From: an uncultured virus (IMG/VR IMGVR_UViG_3300042289_000700)
Taxonomy: Duplodnaviria; Heunggongvirae; Uroviricota; Caudoviricetes
Virus record (IMG/VR): IMGVR_UViG_3300042289_000700
DNA length: 64,000 nt
Reading direction: 5' to 3' (one strand)
Below are positions 1 through 9,330 of the stretch, in pieces. Position numbers and translations under genes: made by a program. Each line of letters starts with the position of its first letter. The first letter of the stretch is position 1. The notes beneath the pieces were generated by a model. The model was not told the DNA's origin, ran no database searches, and worked only from the letters and a program-made list of their open reading frames with translations.

Positions 1-499
1 CACAGGGCTCCCAGAAGATAGAGCGTTCATCGGGCCACATGGCGACCCCGACCCCGTCACCCACAAACTCCCTAGAGAGGAGTTGCATGTTATAGGCGTG
101 GTCGCTCCACTCTTTGAGCATCCAGTCGAATTCTTCAGAGATGATCTCAGAGTCCTCGTTGGAGTCTCCTTCGTAGGAGTCCATGATGACGTTGGCAATG
201 CGCGGCACCCCGTTCTGGAGTTCGATATAGGGGGCCAAGGCGGCTTCCATGATGGCGTTAGCCTCCCCGAAGTTGGCGTTAACCACATGGGTTAGACCCT
301 TGCTCTTTAGCTCTTCGGCATCGTAGGGGGCTTCGCCGTTGACCAAGGCTTGCGCTCGCGCCCGAAGGTACGCCGCATCCTCATCTTGTTCGATATACTT
401 GTTAGCGATGGCCACAAGGCTATCCGATGACTTTATGCGTTTTTTCGGGGGACCACCACTCTCTGGTAGGTTTTCCAGTTCTGCGTTGCCTGTTGCCAT
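1..499 (-). CDS. Probable portal protein, N-terminal part (runs off the window)
   Basis: Open frame read manually from ATG 499: MATGNAELENLPESGGPPKKRIKSS...VVNANFGEANAIMEAALAPYIEL...EEFDWMLKEW. Not in the ORF track because it is truncated. Portal call is from the helical N-terminus and position downstream of TerL. Confidence 0.6.
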   Translation of the reverse strand, partial: MATGNAELENLPESGGPPKKRIKSSDSLVAIANKYIEQDEDAAYLRARAQALVNGEAPYDAEELKSKGLTHVVNANFGEANAIMEAALAPYIELQNGVPRIANVIMDSYEGDSNEDSEIISEEFDWMLKEWSDHAYNMQLLSREFVGDGVGVAMWPDERSIFWEPC

Positions 500-509
500 T
501 AAAGTAGAA

Positions 510-538
510 AGTGTAGGTTAGTTAAGGGTTGAAATCAA
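510..538 (-). promoter_or_regulatory. Sigma70-like promoter TTGATT-17-TACACT, ~10 nt before ATG 499
   Basis: Hexamers and 17-nt spacer read directly on the minus strand. Confidence 0.55.
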
Positions 539-543
539 ACAGA

Positions 544-2928
544 TTAAGAAACATTTTCAAAATTGGAATCATTAAAATATGTTGCTGTGTATCCAGTAGA
601 AATGCCTTGTGCGGTGTCAATATTCGCTATCAATGTGTTAATCGGAATGTTTGAACCACCAGCAATAATGTCTCCGCCCCAAATAGCTTGCAGTTCGCCG
701 CCTTCATCATTAGCTGGATTTGGCGCGGAGAACGCCAGTCCAACAAGAACTGGTTCATTATTTATTAGCAAAAATAACGGAGATCCAGAATCTCCAACTA
801 CTACATTTTTATAAAAAGCTCTTTGATTTCCATCAAGCCCCGAAACATAAATTGGTCCGTAGTTGGGGTCTGAAGATGAAAATGGAATCTGAGTAGACGC
901 AGAATTATTAGAAAATGCGCTTATGGTAGTAATAAGTGCTTCTTTATCTTTATTAATCCAAAAAGAACCAGAAGAAAACACAGCGCTTGTAAATTTTTTT
1001 GACGCACTTGCTGGGAGAATTTTAACAATATTAATACTTTCTGGCAAATCACTGTTAAGTAATGCTATGCCAACATCAAAATTAACTTGAGAATTTATTG
1101 TTCTTGAAATTGTTCTTTCGACAACTGTATTTGAATTTGTGATGAAGCGAATTGTTGCACCAGTTAACGATGTTGTAATGTGCTTGGCAAACCAAATGTG
1201 CCTTGGCGTTATGGCGATGCATCCAAAGTCATCTCCATAAGCACTGTTCCAAGGGCTATAACCAGTAAGCAATTCCGCTGATTCCCCCAACCAATTTGAT
1301 GCGTTTCTTGTGTATGATGGCGTAACGTCATCTCTTGTGGAAAACAATGGAAGAGAATCGTTAACATTACTTATCTCGGATATTTTGTTTAGTATTCCAC
1401 TATTTGAAACTTTAAATATTAATTTTTCATCATCAATGTGTGGAACAATTGTTTTTGCATTGTCTCTGTTTGTAAATTCACATACTGGAAGATTGTCTAT
1501 GTTATAATGAAAAACACTATCAGAATTTAATGGCACAAAACCAAACACTTTATTTCTGTCTGTTGCAAGCGGGTTTATGTTAAATCCAATATTGCTGTAA
1601 TTGCCAGAGTGAGATATTACACAATTGACACAACCATCATATTTAGCACTCAAATTAATCAACGTTGTTGTGATTTTTGAACAGTTATTGAAAAAACAAT
1701 TTGTTAATTGCGTGTAAAAAGAAGAATTTGACACTCTTTGCGTTTCATTACTTCCAGTGTACGAACAAGAAAGCCTTGATCCTGCTATTGTTTTTGAAAT
1801 AAATAAATTAAAATTACTGCTATGTTTAATGGAAATGTTTGAACTTCCTGCACCAAGTAATCTTATTGCTAAATTAACAGATGCACAGTTTTCAACAAAA
1901 ACATTTGCCACTGTGGCTGCCGAAGAAAGTCCTCCAGCTTGAAGCAAAATAGCGGTGGATTCTTTAAAAGAAAGCCTTAACAATGAAGAGCTTGCCGCGC
2001 CGCGCATTAAAACGTGCGGCCTGATGACGTCACTATATCTTGTTACAGAGTTAACCGTTGGTCGAGAACACTCAATTTTAATATCTCTAATGTTTGAACT
2101 TGTATCTAAGGACGGATTTGAAAAATCCCTACAGAATGTTGAAACATATTTAGCCTCATTACGACCACCTAAACCGCCAGACGGAACACTACCAACTGAG
2201 GGTCCAGTAAATGCTAAATCAGTACCAAATGTATAGGTGTGATCAAGATGGCAAAATGGAAGCCAATCTGACGTTCCATTACTAATAAGGTCACTGATAT
2301 CAATTGGCTCGGTAGTTGTCGTTTCAATACATTGAAAAACTTGACCTGTTGCATTTCTTAAGTATTGTCCAACAGTGTAGGTTGTCCCGTTTTGCCAAAG
2401 AGGGATGGGGTTGGCTCCAGCGGTTGGATCAATGTTCCAAATTTTAAACCTTACGTTTCTCCAATCATAGGTTGCAGAAATGTCACGAAGATTGTCTTTC
2501 CTATAAGTGATAAACCCCTTTGCCTCCCTCGTTCCATCAAGATAAGTCAGCGATGGATCGTAGTGGATGATGTCTTGTGGAAAAAGATTGGAATATGCAT
2601 TCTTGGAAACATTGCTGGAGCTATAAGCATACACAACAAGAGGTTCGGGCGTGGCCGCAATGGAAGCTACCGTGAATGCCGTGCCATTGTTGTTGCTAAC
2701 GTTTGCCGTGTTTGACGGGGAGATCCACTCGCTGTCGTTGGACATGTATTCCGTGACAAAGTCTGTGATGCGATAGTGAAATCCCGCCTTGAGACTCTGG
2801 CTGCCCATAAGAGACATTAACCCAGCATGGGTTACGTCGATAATCCTAGACGCATTCCCTTCCGCATAGGTGCCTGCGGTGGTGCCAGCTACTACTGGTA
2901 ATGGGTAATATGCAGAGAGGGAGGCCAT
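544..2928 (-). CDS. Fibre/spike-like protein with C-terminal trypsin-like serine protease domain
   Basis: N-terminal GTTAGTYAEGN fibre motif; WQNGTTYTVGQY resembles CBM5/12; catalytic triad motifs ITPRHIWFAKH, FDVGIALL, GDSGSP. Confidence 0.7.
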   Translation of the reverse strand: MASLSAYYPLPVVAGTTAGTYAEGNASRIIDVTHAGLMSLMGSQSLKAGFHYRITDFVTEYMSNDSEWISPSNTANVSNNNGTAFTVASIAATPEPLVVYAYSSSNVSKNAYSNLFPQDIIHYDPSLTYLDGTREAKGFITYRKDNLRDISATYDWRNVRFKIWNIDPTAGANPIPLWQNGTTYTVGQYLRNATGQVFQCIETTTTEPIDISDLISNGTSDWLPFCHLDHTYTFGTDLAFTGPSVGSVPSGGLGGRNEAKYVSTFCRDFSNPSLDTSSNIRDIKIECSRPTVNSVTRYSDVIRPHVLMRGAASSSLLRLSFKESTAILLQAGGLSSAATVANVFVENCASVNLAIRLLGAGSSNISIKHSSNFNLFISKTIAGSRLSCSYTGSNETQRVSNSSFYTQLTNCFFNNCSKITTTLINLSAKYDGCVNCVISHSGNYSNIGFNINPLATDRNKVFGFVPLNSDSVFHYNIDNLPVCEFTNRDNAKTIVPHIDDEKLIFKVSNSGILNKISEISNVNDSLPLFSTRDDVTPSYTRNASNWLGESAELLTGYSPWNSAYGDDFGCIAITPRHIWFAKHITTSLTGATIRFITNSNTVVERTISRTINSQVNFDVGIALLNSDLPESINIVKILPASASKKFTSAVFSSGSFWINKDKEALITTISAFSNNSASTQIPFSSSDPNYGPIYVSGLDGNQRAFYKNVVVGDSGSPLFLLINNEPVLVGLAFSAPNPANDEGGELQAIWGGDIIAGGSNIPINTLIANIDTAQGISTGYTATYFNDSNFENVS

Positions 2929-2941
2929 GAAATATGTATTG

Positions 2942-2985
2942 TATTATGTTTCGGGATTTGGGGCTACTATTATGTTTCAGGATTT
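2942..2985. repeat. 18-bp direct repeat TATTATGTTTC(G/A)GGATTT, two copies
   Basis: 2942-2959 and 2968-2985, one mismatch. Confidence 0.85.
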
Positions 2986-3081
2986 TGACCTGATTGCAAA
3001 CCCGCCACAGCCTCCCCACTCGCCTCCGCAAAGGTCGCCTGCGGCTGGCCGAAAGCCTCCGCTGGTGCGGGTGTGACGGTA

Positions 3082-3483
3082 TTACTCACTGGCATCCTCC
3101 TCCACAATCGGTTCGGGCAAAGGCGTAATCGTAACAGTCTCGCCGCTCCACACCCATTCGCGGGTGCGCTCGACGGGTGCGCGGACGCCGCTGCCGCCAG
3201 CGGCGAGGATCTGGTTGATGCCTTCCGCACTCGCCGTGTAAAGGGCGAGCAGTTCTTCGGACTGTTGCTGGCCCAGCTTCCCCAGCACGGCTTTGAGTGT
3301 CACATCATCAAGGCCGAAGATTTTGGCGTGCAGGGTGGAGAGGCTTTGCGCGTAGAGTTCGCCGTAGTAGCGGCTGGTGGCGGCGGCGCGGTCGATGTCG
3401 GCGATGGCGCGTTCGGCGGGGGTGACAGGCAGGAGTTGCGCGTGGGCGCTGGCGGCGAGGATGAGGATAAGGAAATGTTTCAT
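3082..3483 (-). CDS. Hypothetical fibre-associated protein with Sec-type signal peptide
   Basis: Likely start 3483, MKHFLILILAASAHA/QLL, 4 nt after the upstream stop. Confidence 0.7.
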   Translation of the reverse strand: MKHFLILILAASAHAQLLPVTPAERAIADIDRAAATSRYYGELYAQSLSTLHAKIFGLDDVTLKAVLGKLGQQQSEELLALYTASAEGINQILAAGGSGVRAPVERTREWVWSGETVTITPLPEPIVEEDASE

Positions 3484-3487
3484 AAGT

Positions 3488-6415
3488 TTAGGGAGCCATT
3501 TTGGTGACGGAGAGCATTGACGATTGGATAAGCGTTGTGGCATCTGCGGAGTTGTTGATGGGATACCAGCGGTAGTTCATGGTGTTTGCGTTGCTGCTGG
3601 TCAGCACATAGACAAAGCCTGCCACGGCGAATCGGCTTCCAGAGGATGCGGCGGAAACATTTGCCAGCCCGATTGCTGTCGCATTTGTGCCAGAAGTAAT
3701 CGCCGTCACCGTAGCGTTCGCGGCTTGGCCCACGCCACTGCGATGGTTGAATTCTGAAAGATTGGTTGTGAAACCCAACCCGTGGGCGAATCCAGAGTTG
3801 GTCGTGGCGACCCATGCAACGGCGTATTCGATGCGATAAAAACTGTTAGCATCGAGCGCCCACGATCCCATCTGTGGGTCGTTGTTGGTTGATTGCGTAA
3901 CAGCGTTGAATCCCCAATTGGTTTTGGTTTGGTCGTTGGTGGTGAATTTGGTGACCGTGCGGCTGGCTACAAACGAGGAGCTTCCTGCGCCGTCTGCGGC
4001 GAGCAGCGCACCATTGGCGGCGGCTCCGCTAGGCGGGTTGCCTGCGGACAGGGCGCCATTGGTGCCGATCAAGGCGGTGCGCGAGTTGGCGTTGGTCAAA
4101 GGCGCGAAGCGAAGGTTGTTCGTAAAGGTCAGTTCGTTGGTGCGCCCTGTAACGATGTTGCCATTGGTATCCGTTACCATGTCGCGGACTTGGGCCATAC
4201 CGCTTGCGGCAAAAGCAAGCAGTGTCATTATAGCCAAGGCAACTCGGGAAAGTGTGCCATCGTCATTAATGGTGATCCGCCAGCGGGTGTTGTTTGGTGA
4301 TTTCAAAACAAGTCCTTTGGTTGAGTCTGTGACTTCGGTGTCGTTGTTCGCGGTGAGCGTGGTGAAGGTTCCTGCGGCGGGCGTGGTGTTACCGATGGCG
4401 GGCGGGGCGGCGAAGTCTGGGATGTCTGTAACGACTGCGAGAGTTCCCGACTGGTCGGGGATCGTGAGGGTTACGTTATCGGTAAGTTCCTCGTCAGCAG
4501 GCGTAATAGTCGCAAAAAACGCCCCCGACTGAAGTTTGGCGCTTGCCATAAGGATGTTGGCAAGATTGCCACCATTTTGCTCAATGCGGACATTGGGGTT
4601 GCTGCCTTGCAAAAACATTTCGCCGTCGCGAAGACCAAGCAGCGCCTCATTGTTGCTTTCGTCCGTAACGGAAATGTAGGGAGTGCCATTGCCGCCAGTA
4701 TGTTGAAATGTTAGCTCTTGTGATTCAAATTCAATGATGTCGCTTGATGCGCCGTTTAGCGAAACTAATGAAACACCATTGCCATCATTAACAGCGAGTT
4801 GAGAAAAAGACGGAATTGGGTCTGATCCGCCCGCAACCCCGCCCGAAAGCGTGATGGACTCTCCGTCATCGGGAATTTGCGACCCATCGCCCCAAATCAA
4901 AGTAGCTTGATTGGAGGGATTGGCCGAGTTCCACGCAGAGAGACGTGCGTTTATGGTGTCTCCGCTTCCGCCAGCAAGCGTGATGGACTCTCCGTCATCG
5001 GGAATTTGCCCTCCGTTTCCGCTTACAAGTTCGGTCTGACCATTATCATTGATGGCATCTTGAATGGAATTTGATCCGTCAAAGGATAAGCTGGTGCCAT
5101 TATAGCCAGACCCGCCATAGAGCGCACGGATGGTGACATTGTTGGTCATGCCCGCCACTTGCCCCGTAAAATTGGCACGGACGCCGTTGAAGGAAAGCGT
5201 GATGCTGTTGCCTGCGGTTCCAGCGGCGTTTGCGCGAACAAGAACGGGCGTGGACACCCCTGCGACTAGGACTCTGGAACTGGCCTTGACGCCCGCCGCA
5301 TGGCTGGCCGCATGAGCCAGTGTTGAACTCGGTGTCCTCGCATCGCTCAACCGCGCATCGTTCCCCTCGCAAAAGCTCCCTGCCGCCGTGCCGAAAGAAC
5401 CCGCCTCGACTACGCCGTTGGTGCCTGTTTTGAGCGGGAGGTTGGCGGTGGTGCCGACTGCTCCCGAATTTGTAATGTTGCCGTGGGTGTGGGAAGTCGG
5501 CGTTCGGGCGTCACTGACTTGGTCTGTATTTAGGAGCGTCCTTACACTACTGGCACTTAGGTCTTCTGGATCGCCCGTGGAGGCGGTGGCCCGCCCTTTG
5601 ATTGTAGCAGTCGCCATGTTTGCCAGCTTGGCGTTGGTGACGGCATCATTGGCTATCGTGGTCGCGCCGTCTCCGCTACTAGTTACATCGCCGCTGTGGT
5701 TGGGGTGGGTGTAGTTGTTGGCGTTGGCTGCGATCCCGTCCAGCTTCGTTTTATCCGCACTGCTCATGCTACCAGCCGCCGAAGTAGTGGCCGCGCTGAT
5801 GCTGATTGCGGGGGTTGCCCCACCAGAAGAAGCGATAGGGGCGGTTCCCGTGACGCTGGTTACGCCAGTCGCGGGCGCTGCCCCCCATTCTGGTGCGGTG
5901 GAAGTGCTGTTTACTTTGAGGATCTGTCCCGCTGTGCCGATAGGCAGGCGTTCGTTGACTAGCGCCCCGCGATAGAGGGTATCACCTTGATTCGTTAGGA
6001 TAGATTCTCCTCCACCTCCAGAGGTGCCATAGCGAGGAAGGATTTGCCATCCACGGGTAGATCCTGTGTAGATCATCGTGAAGTAGGCTCCCTCGACATT
6101 GCAGATGAGATTTTCTTCCAGACTTTCGATTCTTTGTCCGTTTCGGGCGATGGTCAGAGGATTGGTGTCGAAGGTCTCCGAGTAGTCGAAGATATCAATG
6201 GAGTCGCCTGCATTCGGGTTTGCTGGCAAGGTAAGCGTAAAGCTACCGCCCGAAGTATCGGCTGCTATATTTTGGGAATTAGAGAGCGTCTGAGGACTAG
6301 AGACTACTGTATAATTAATGTTGGCTTGCGGGCCGACTGGGCCTGCTGGCCCCTTCTCCACCACCTCAATGATCTCAATCTCCCTCTCTGTGATCTCAAT
6401 GACCTCTTGGCTCAT
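3488..6415 (-). CDS. Tail fibre-like protein (975 aa, mosaic)
   Basis: G/S/T/N-rich; motifs GSMSSADKTKLDGI, DARTPTSHTH, GTAAGSFCEGNDARL, IGNTTPAAGTFTTL typical of fibres. Confidence 0.75.
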   Translation of the reverse strand: MSQEVIEITEREIEIIEVVEKGPAGPVGPQANINYTVVSSPQTLSNSQNIAADTSGGSFTLTLPANPNAGDSIDIFDYSETFDTNPLTIARNGQRIESLEENLICNVEGAYFTMIYTGSTRGWQILPRYGTSGGGGESILTNQGDTLYRGALVNERLPIGTAGQILKVNSTSTAPEWGAAPATGVTSVTGTAPIASSGGATPAISISAATTSAAGSMSSADKTKLDGIAANANNYTHPNHSGDVTSSGDGATTIANDAVTNAKLANMATATIKGRATASTGDPEDLSASSVRTLLNTDQVSDARTPTSHTHGNITNSGAVGTTANLPLKTGTNGVVEAGSFGTAAGSFCEGNDARLSDARTPSSTLAHAASHAAGVKASSRVLVAGVSTPVLVRANAAGTAGNSITLSFNGVRANFTGQVAGMTNNVTIRALYGGSGYNGTSLSFDGSNSIQDAINDNGQTELVSGNGGQIPDDGESITLAGGSGDTINARLSAWNSANPSNQATLIWGDGSQIPDDGESITLSGGVAGGSDPIPSFSQLAVNDGNGVSLVSLNGASSDIIEFESQELTFQHTGGNGTPYISVTDESNNEALLGLRDGEMFLQGSNPNVRIEQNGGNLANILMASAKLQSGAFFATITPADEELTDNVTLTIPDQSGTLAVVTDIPDFAAPPAIGNTTPAAGTFTTLTANNDTEVTDSTKGLVLKSPNNTRWRITINDDGTLSRVALAIMTLLAFAASGMAQVRDMVTDTNGNIVTGRTNELTFTNNLRFAPLTNANSRTALIGTNGALSAGNPPSGAAANGALLAADGAGSSSFVASRTVTKFTTNDQTKTNWGFNAVTQSTNNDPQMGSWALDANSFYRIEYAVAWVATTNSGFAHGLGFTTNLSEFNHRSGVGQAANATVTAITSGTNATAIGLANVSAASSGSRFAVAGFVYVLTSSNANTMNYRWYPINNSADATTLIQSSMLSVTKMAP
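4847..5009. repeat. 34-bp exact direct repeat inside the fibre gene
   Basis: AAGCGTGATGGACTCTCCGTCATCGGGAATTTGC at 4847-4880 and 4976-5009, encoding QIPDDGESITL twice. Confidence 0.9.
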
Positions 6416-6780
6416 CGGGCAATCTCCTGATAGACTTTGGCCTTACCCGTGGCAAATGCAATATAGGTGTAGCCTTGGTAGAGTTCGATTTCGTAGACGT
6501 TGTCGCCTGCTGTTAGGTTTGCGGCCTGTGTGGCGGTGATTTCGATTTCGATGGTGCCCGCACTCCCGCCCAATGTAATCCCGCCTCCAGAGGTCAGTGT
6601 GAGCAAAGTAGCACTATCCTTGGCACACTCCCTAATAACCATGTTGGCCCCGTAGCCAGAAAGATTGACTGGGACATTAGACTTCCCCTTACAAGACTTG
6701 GTCAGATAACGGAACTTCGCCGTCCAAGTTTTTCCTTGGACGATTTCAATATCTCTTTCAAGTCTCCAGTAGTTGGTCAT
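6412..6780 (-). CDS. Small beta-rich fibre adaptor-like protein; paralog of 9327-9701
   Basis: IEIVQGKTW...PVNLSGYGANMVIR...ITATQAANL...VYEIELY aligns by eye to 9327-9701. Confidence 0.7.
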   Translation of the reverse strand: MTNYWRLERDIEIVQGKTWTAKFRYLTKSCKGKSNVPVNLSGYGANMVIRECAKDSATLLTLTSGGGITLGGSAGTIEIEITATQAANLTAGDNVYEIELYQGYTYIAFATGKAKVYQEIAR

Positions 6781-9005
6781 TTATAAACTGGTAGCCAGAA
6801 TTGATTGGTTCCAACACGAATCTCAATGAAGTCATTGATCTGGTTGTTGGTTGCGGGGTTTGAGTTGGTGTGGTTGGTGGAGAAGTCTACAAACCCATTA
6901 ACCACAAGATTGGTGGTTGCCGTCACAGTGCCAGTAGCTGTCAGAGTTCCAGATGCCGTGACATTGGAGAAGGAGACGTTGTTAGTGGCTCCGAGTTCTA
7001 TGGCATTGCGAAAATTGGCATTGTTGGTGTTGGTGAGGGCTGGGAGCGGGAGGCCAAGATTCGTGCGTGTTTGCGCCATGTTTGTCGCATTGTTAAATTC
7101 TATAGGAGACGTAAAAATTATTGCCCCAGCACCAATAAAAAGATCGCCATCTCCATTAATTTCCCCTCCGTCTATAAACCACAGATTAGCATTAGTTGTA
7201 GTATCAGTAAGTTCTAACCTTGCAAAATTTACAAGATTTGTAGCCCCCAAACCCAAATTCGTTCTGCTTGCCGCCGCATTGGCTGCGGTGTTGGTTCCAG
7301 AGAAGTAGATGGGTTCAACAAATGCGACATTGTGGTCGAATTGCCACACATCATTGTAGTAAACAAACTGCACCGCCTCGTCAAAACGGGTCAATGTGAT
7401 CAGGTTATTGGTCGATCCCGACCGCTGAACCCTTGTCATGGAATTGGTTGGCCCCTTGTGCACAACAATGGCCACATCTCCTTCAAATGTTAACGTGTTA
7501 GTCGGGAGGACAATAGTGTTTGTTACATTTGCAATGTTGGTGGCCAGACTGTGGACATGGAGGAATCGGGCTGGGGTGATGTTGGTTGTGAAGTTAGTAT
7601 TCGGCTGGGACTCAATAAATGTCGTTGTAATCGGGGCCGCTTGCCAGAAGTTGGTCGGGCTTACCACCTCTCCATTGGTGTTTACCAAAACTGGATTGGT
7701 GTTAGAACCAAAGAGTGCCGCTTGAAATGTTGTGGCGTTGCTGTTGGTTAGCCCAGTCCAAGGGAGTCCAAGGTTGGTGCGAGTTTGAGCCTGATACAAT
7801 GGGCGACTTGTTGCGCCCCCAATCTGAATTGCGCCAGAATCAAATGTCCATTCTCCAAAAAATATTCTTGCTTCTGGCTCGATTATGTCATTAGTTCCCC
7901 ATCTTATTACGGACTCGCTTAAATAAAGACCCCCCAAATTTACCGTTTCAAATGTCACGCTATTAGTGGCTCCAAGCCCGATGGCATTACGGAAGTTTGT
8001 GGCATTTGTATTCGTAAGCGCAGACCAGCCTAATCCCAGATTGGTTCTGCTTACTGCCGCATTGGATGAGGCATTGGTGCCTAAAAAAAGTATAGGCTTT
8101 CTAAAAATAATTGTGCCGCCTGCCGCGCCATCAAGCGAAAAAAATTCAACACCATTTTGGTTAAAAAATAACGAGTCAGCCCCATAAGTTATGGAGTTTG
8201 TTGTTTCTCCGTCTTGGTATAATTGAATACTTTCAAATCTAACAACATTTGTTACCCCAAGCCCGATGGCAGTTCTGGCGACCGATGTGTTTGTGGCGAT
8301 AAATACCGCATCACCCACTGTAGTAGATCCGAGATTTTGTCGAGCATTTGCTGCATTGGTGGCTCCTGTTCCGCCCGAAGCAATACTAAGTGTGCCAGAC
8401 AAATTGGAAAAATTAACCGTGGCAATATTGGATGAAGGAATGATTCCTACAAGATTTGTAGCCTGAAGATTAGTTAGGCTTGCCCCATTGCTGGAGGCAA
8501 GATTGCTAAGAACCGTTGAAGAAGGTTGAAATGCAGATGCGGGATTTGTCGCCGCTGTTCCCAATCCTAAAGCAGTCCTAAAAGAAGACGCATCAGCATT
8601 TGTTAATCCAGACCAAGAAAGGCCAAGATTGGTTCTAGTCGTTGTAGGATCTGCAAACGACACATTGCCAAGAAAATATGAATTACTAGTATCAATAGTT
8701 ATGGCTGCAACTCCTCTATTGACCAACCATAAAAAACCATTAAAAGCAGCTAAACCATTAGTATTGGTTCCAACTTGAACGGCAGGATTGGCGAGGCTTC
8801 CAGTTGTAGTAGCAAGAACTCTATTAAAAGTAACATTATTTGTTGCTCCAACACCCAAGCCTACGCGGGCATTGGAGGCATCGGCGCTCCAAAAATTGGT
8901 CGGTTGAACCACCGCACCGTTGGTTCCCACCAACACATTGCGTGTTTGCGCGTAGCCCGAAACAATTAAGGCCCCAGAGATAATTATGGAAATTAAGTTT
9001 TTCAT
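6777..9005 (-). CDS. Tail fibre-like repeat protein with N-terminal signal peptide
   Basis: Likely start 9005, MKNLISIIISGALIVSGYA/QTRN; many RTNLGL and GATNxVxF repeats. Confidence 0.75.
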   Translation of the reverse strand: MKNLISIIISGALIVSGYAQTRNVLVGTNGAVVQPTNFWSADASNARVGLGVGATNNVTFNRVLATTTGSLANPAVQVGTNTNGLAAFNGFLWLVNRGVAAITIDTSNSYFLGNVSFADPTTTRTNLGLSWSGLTNADASSFRTALGLGTAATNPASAFQPSSTVLSNLASSNGASLTNLQATNLVGIIPSSNIATVNFSNLSGTLSIASGGTGATNAANARQNLGSTTVGDAVFIATNTSVARTAIGLGVTNVVRFESIQLYQDGETTNSITYGADSLFFNQNGVEFFSLDGAAGGTIIFRKPILFLGTNASSNAAVSRTNLGLGWSALTNTNATNFRNAIGLGATNSVTFETVNLGGLYLSESVIRWGTNDIIEPEARIFFGEWTFDSGAIQIGGATSRPLYQAQTRTNLGLPWTGLTNSNATTFQAALFGSNTNPVLVNTNGEVVSPTNFWQAAPITTTFIESQPNTNFTTNITPARFLHVHSLATNIANVTNTIVLPTNTLTFEGDVAIVVHKGPTNSMTRVQRSGSTNNLITLTRFDEAVQFVYYNDVWQFDHNVAFVEPIYFSGTNTAANAAASRTNLGLGATNLVNFARLELTDTTTNANLWFIDGGEINGDGDLFIGAGAIIFTSPIEFNNATNMAQTRTNLGLPLPALTNTNNANFRNAIELGATNNVSFSNVTASGTLTATGTVTATTNLVVNGFVDFSTNHTNSNPATNNQINDFIEIRVGTNQFWLPVYK

Positions 9006-9009
9006 TAGG

Positions 9010-9330
9010 TTACATTCGTTGAATCCAAACCTTGGCATTGGTCATTTCATCAAAATCATTGGGGCGTATTACTGATGGAGAGCTTTCGGCGTTGCTACCA
9101 CTGACCAATTGATAAATTGCTGGAATTCCATTAATAACCAAAAAGATGCAAATTCCGACAGCATAGCTCCCAGAAGCAGTGACAACCCCATCCAAGTTGG
9201 AAGAACCGCCGCCAATCAGCCCCGTAATGGCTGGCTCTACCCGAAGTATGTTGACGCTGGGGGTTTGAATAGGGGTTGAGCTAACTCCAATAACACTAGA
9301 ACTTGGAATGGGAATACAGATCTTGCTCAT
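9010..9330 (-). CDS. Hypothetical fibre-module protein
   Basis: 106-aa ORF overlapping or abutting its neighbours; TGLIGGGSSNLDG motif. Confidence 0.65.
   Translation of the reverse strand: MSKICIPIPSSSVIGVSSTPIQTPSVNILRVEPAITGLIGGGSSNLDGVVTASGSYAVGICIFLVINGIPAIYQLVSGSNAESSPSVIRPNDFDEMTNAKVWIQRM

Noticed and set aside
2970..3095. 41-aa ORF MPVSNTVTPAPAEAFGQPQ...
   Set aside because: May be a remnant of a replaced gene end, but it overlaps the upstream gene and cannot be supported
3882..8466. Long plus-strand ORFs opposite the fibre genes (and similar ones opposite the giant gene)
   Set aside because: Shadow frames arising from codon bias of the real minus-strand genes
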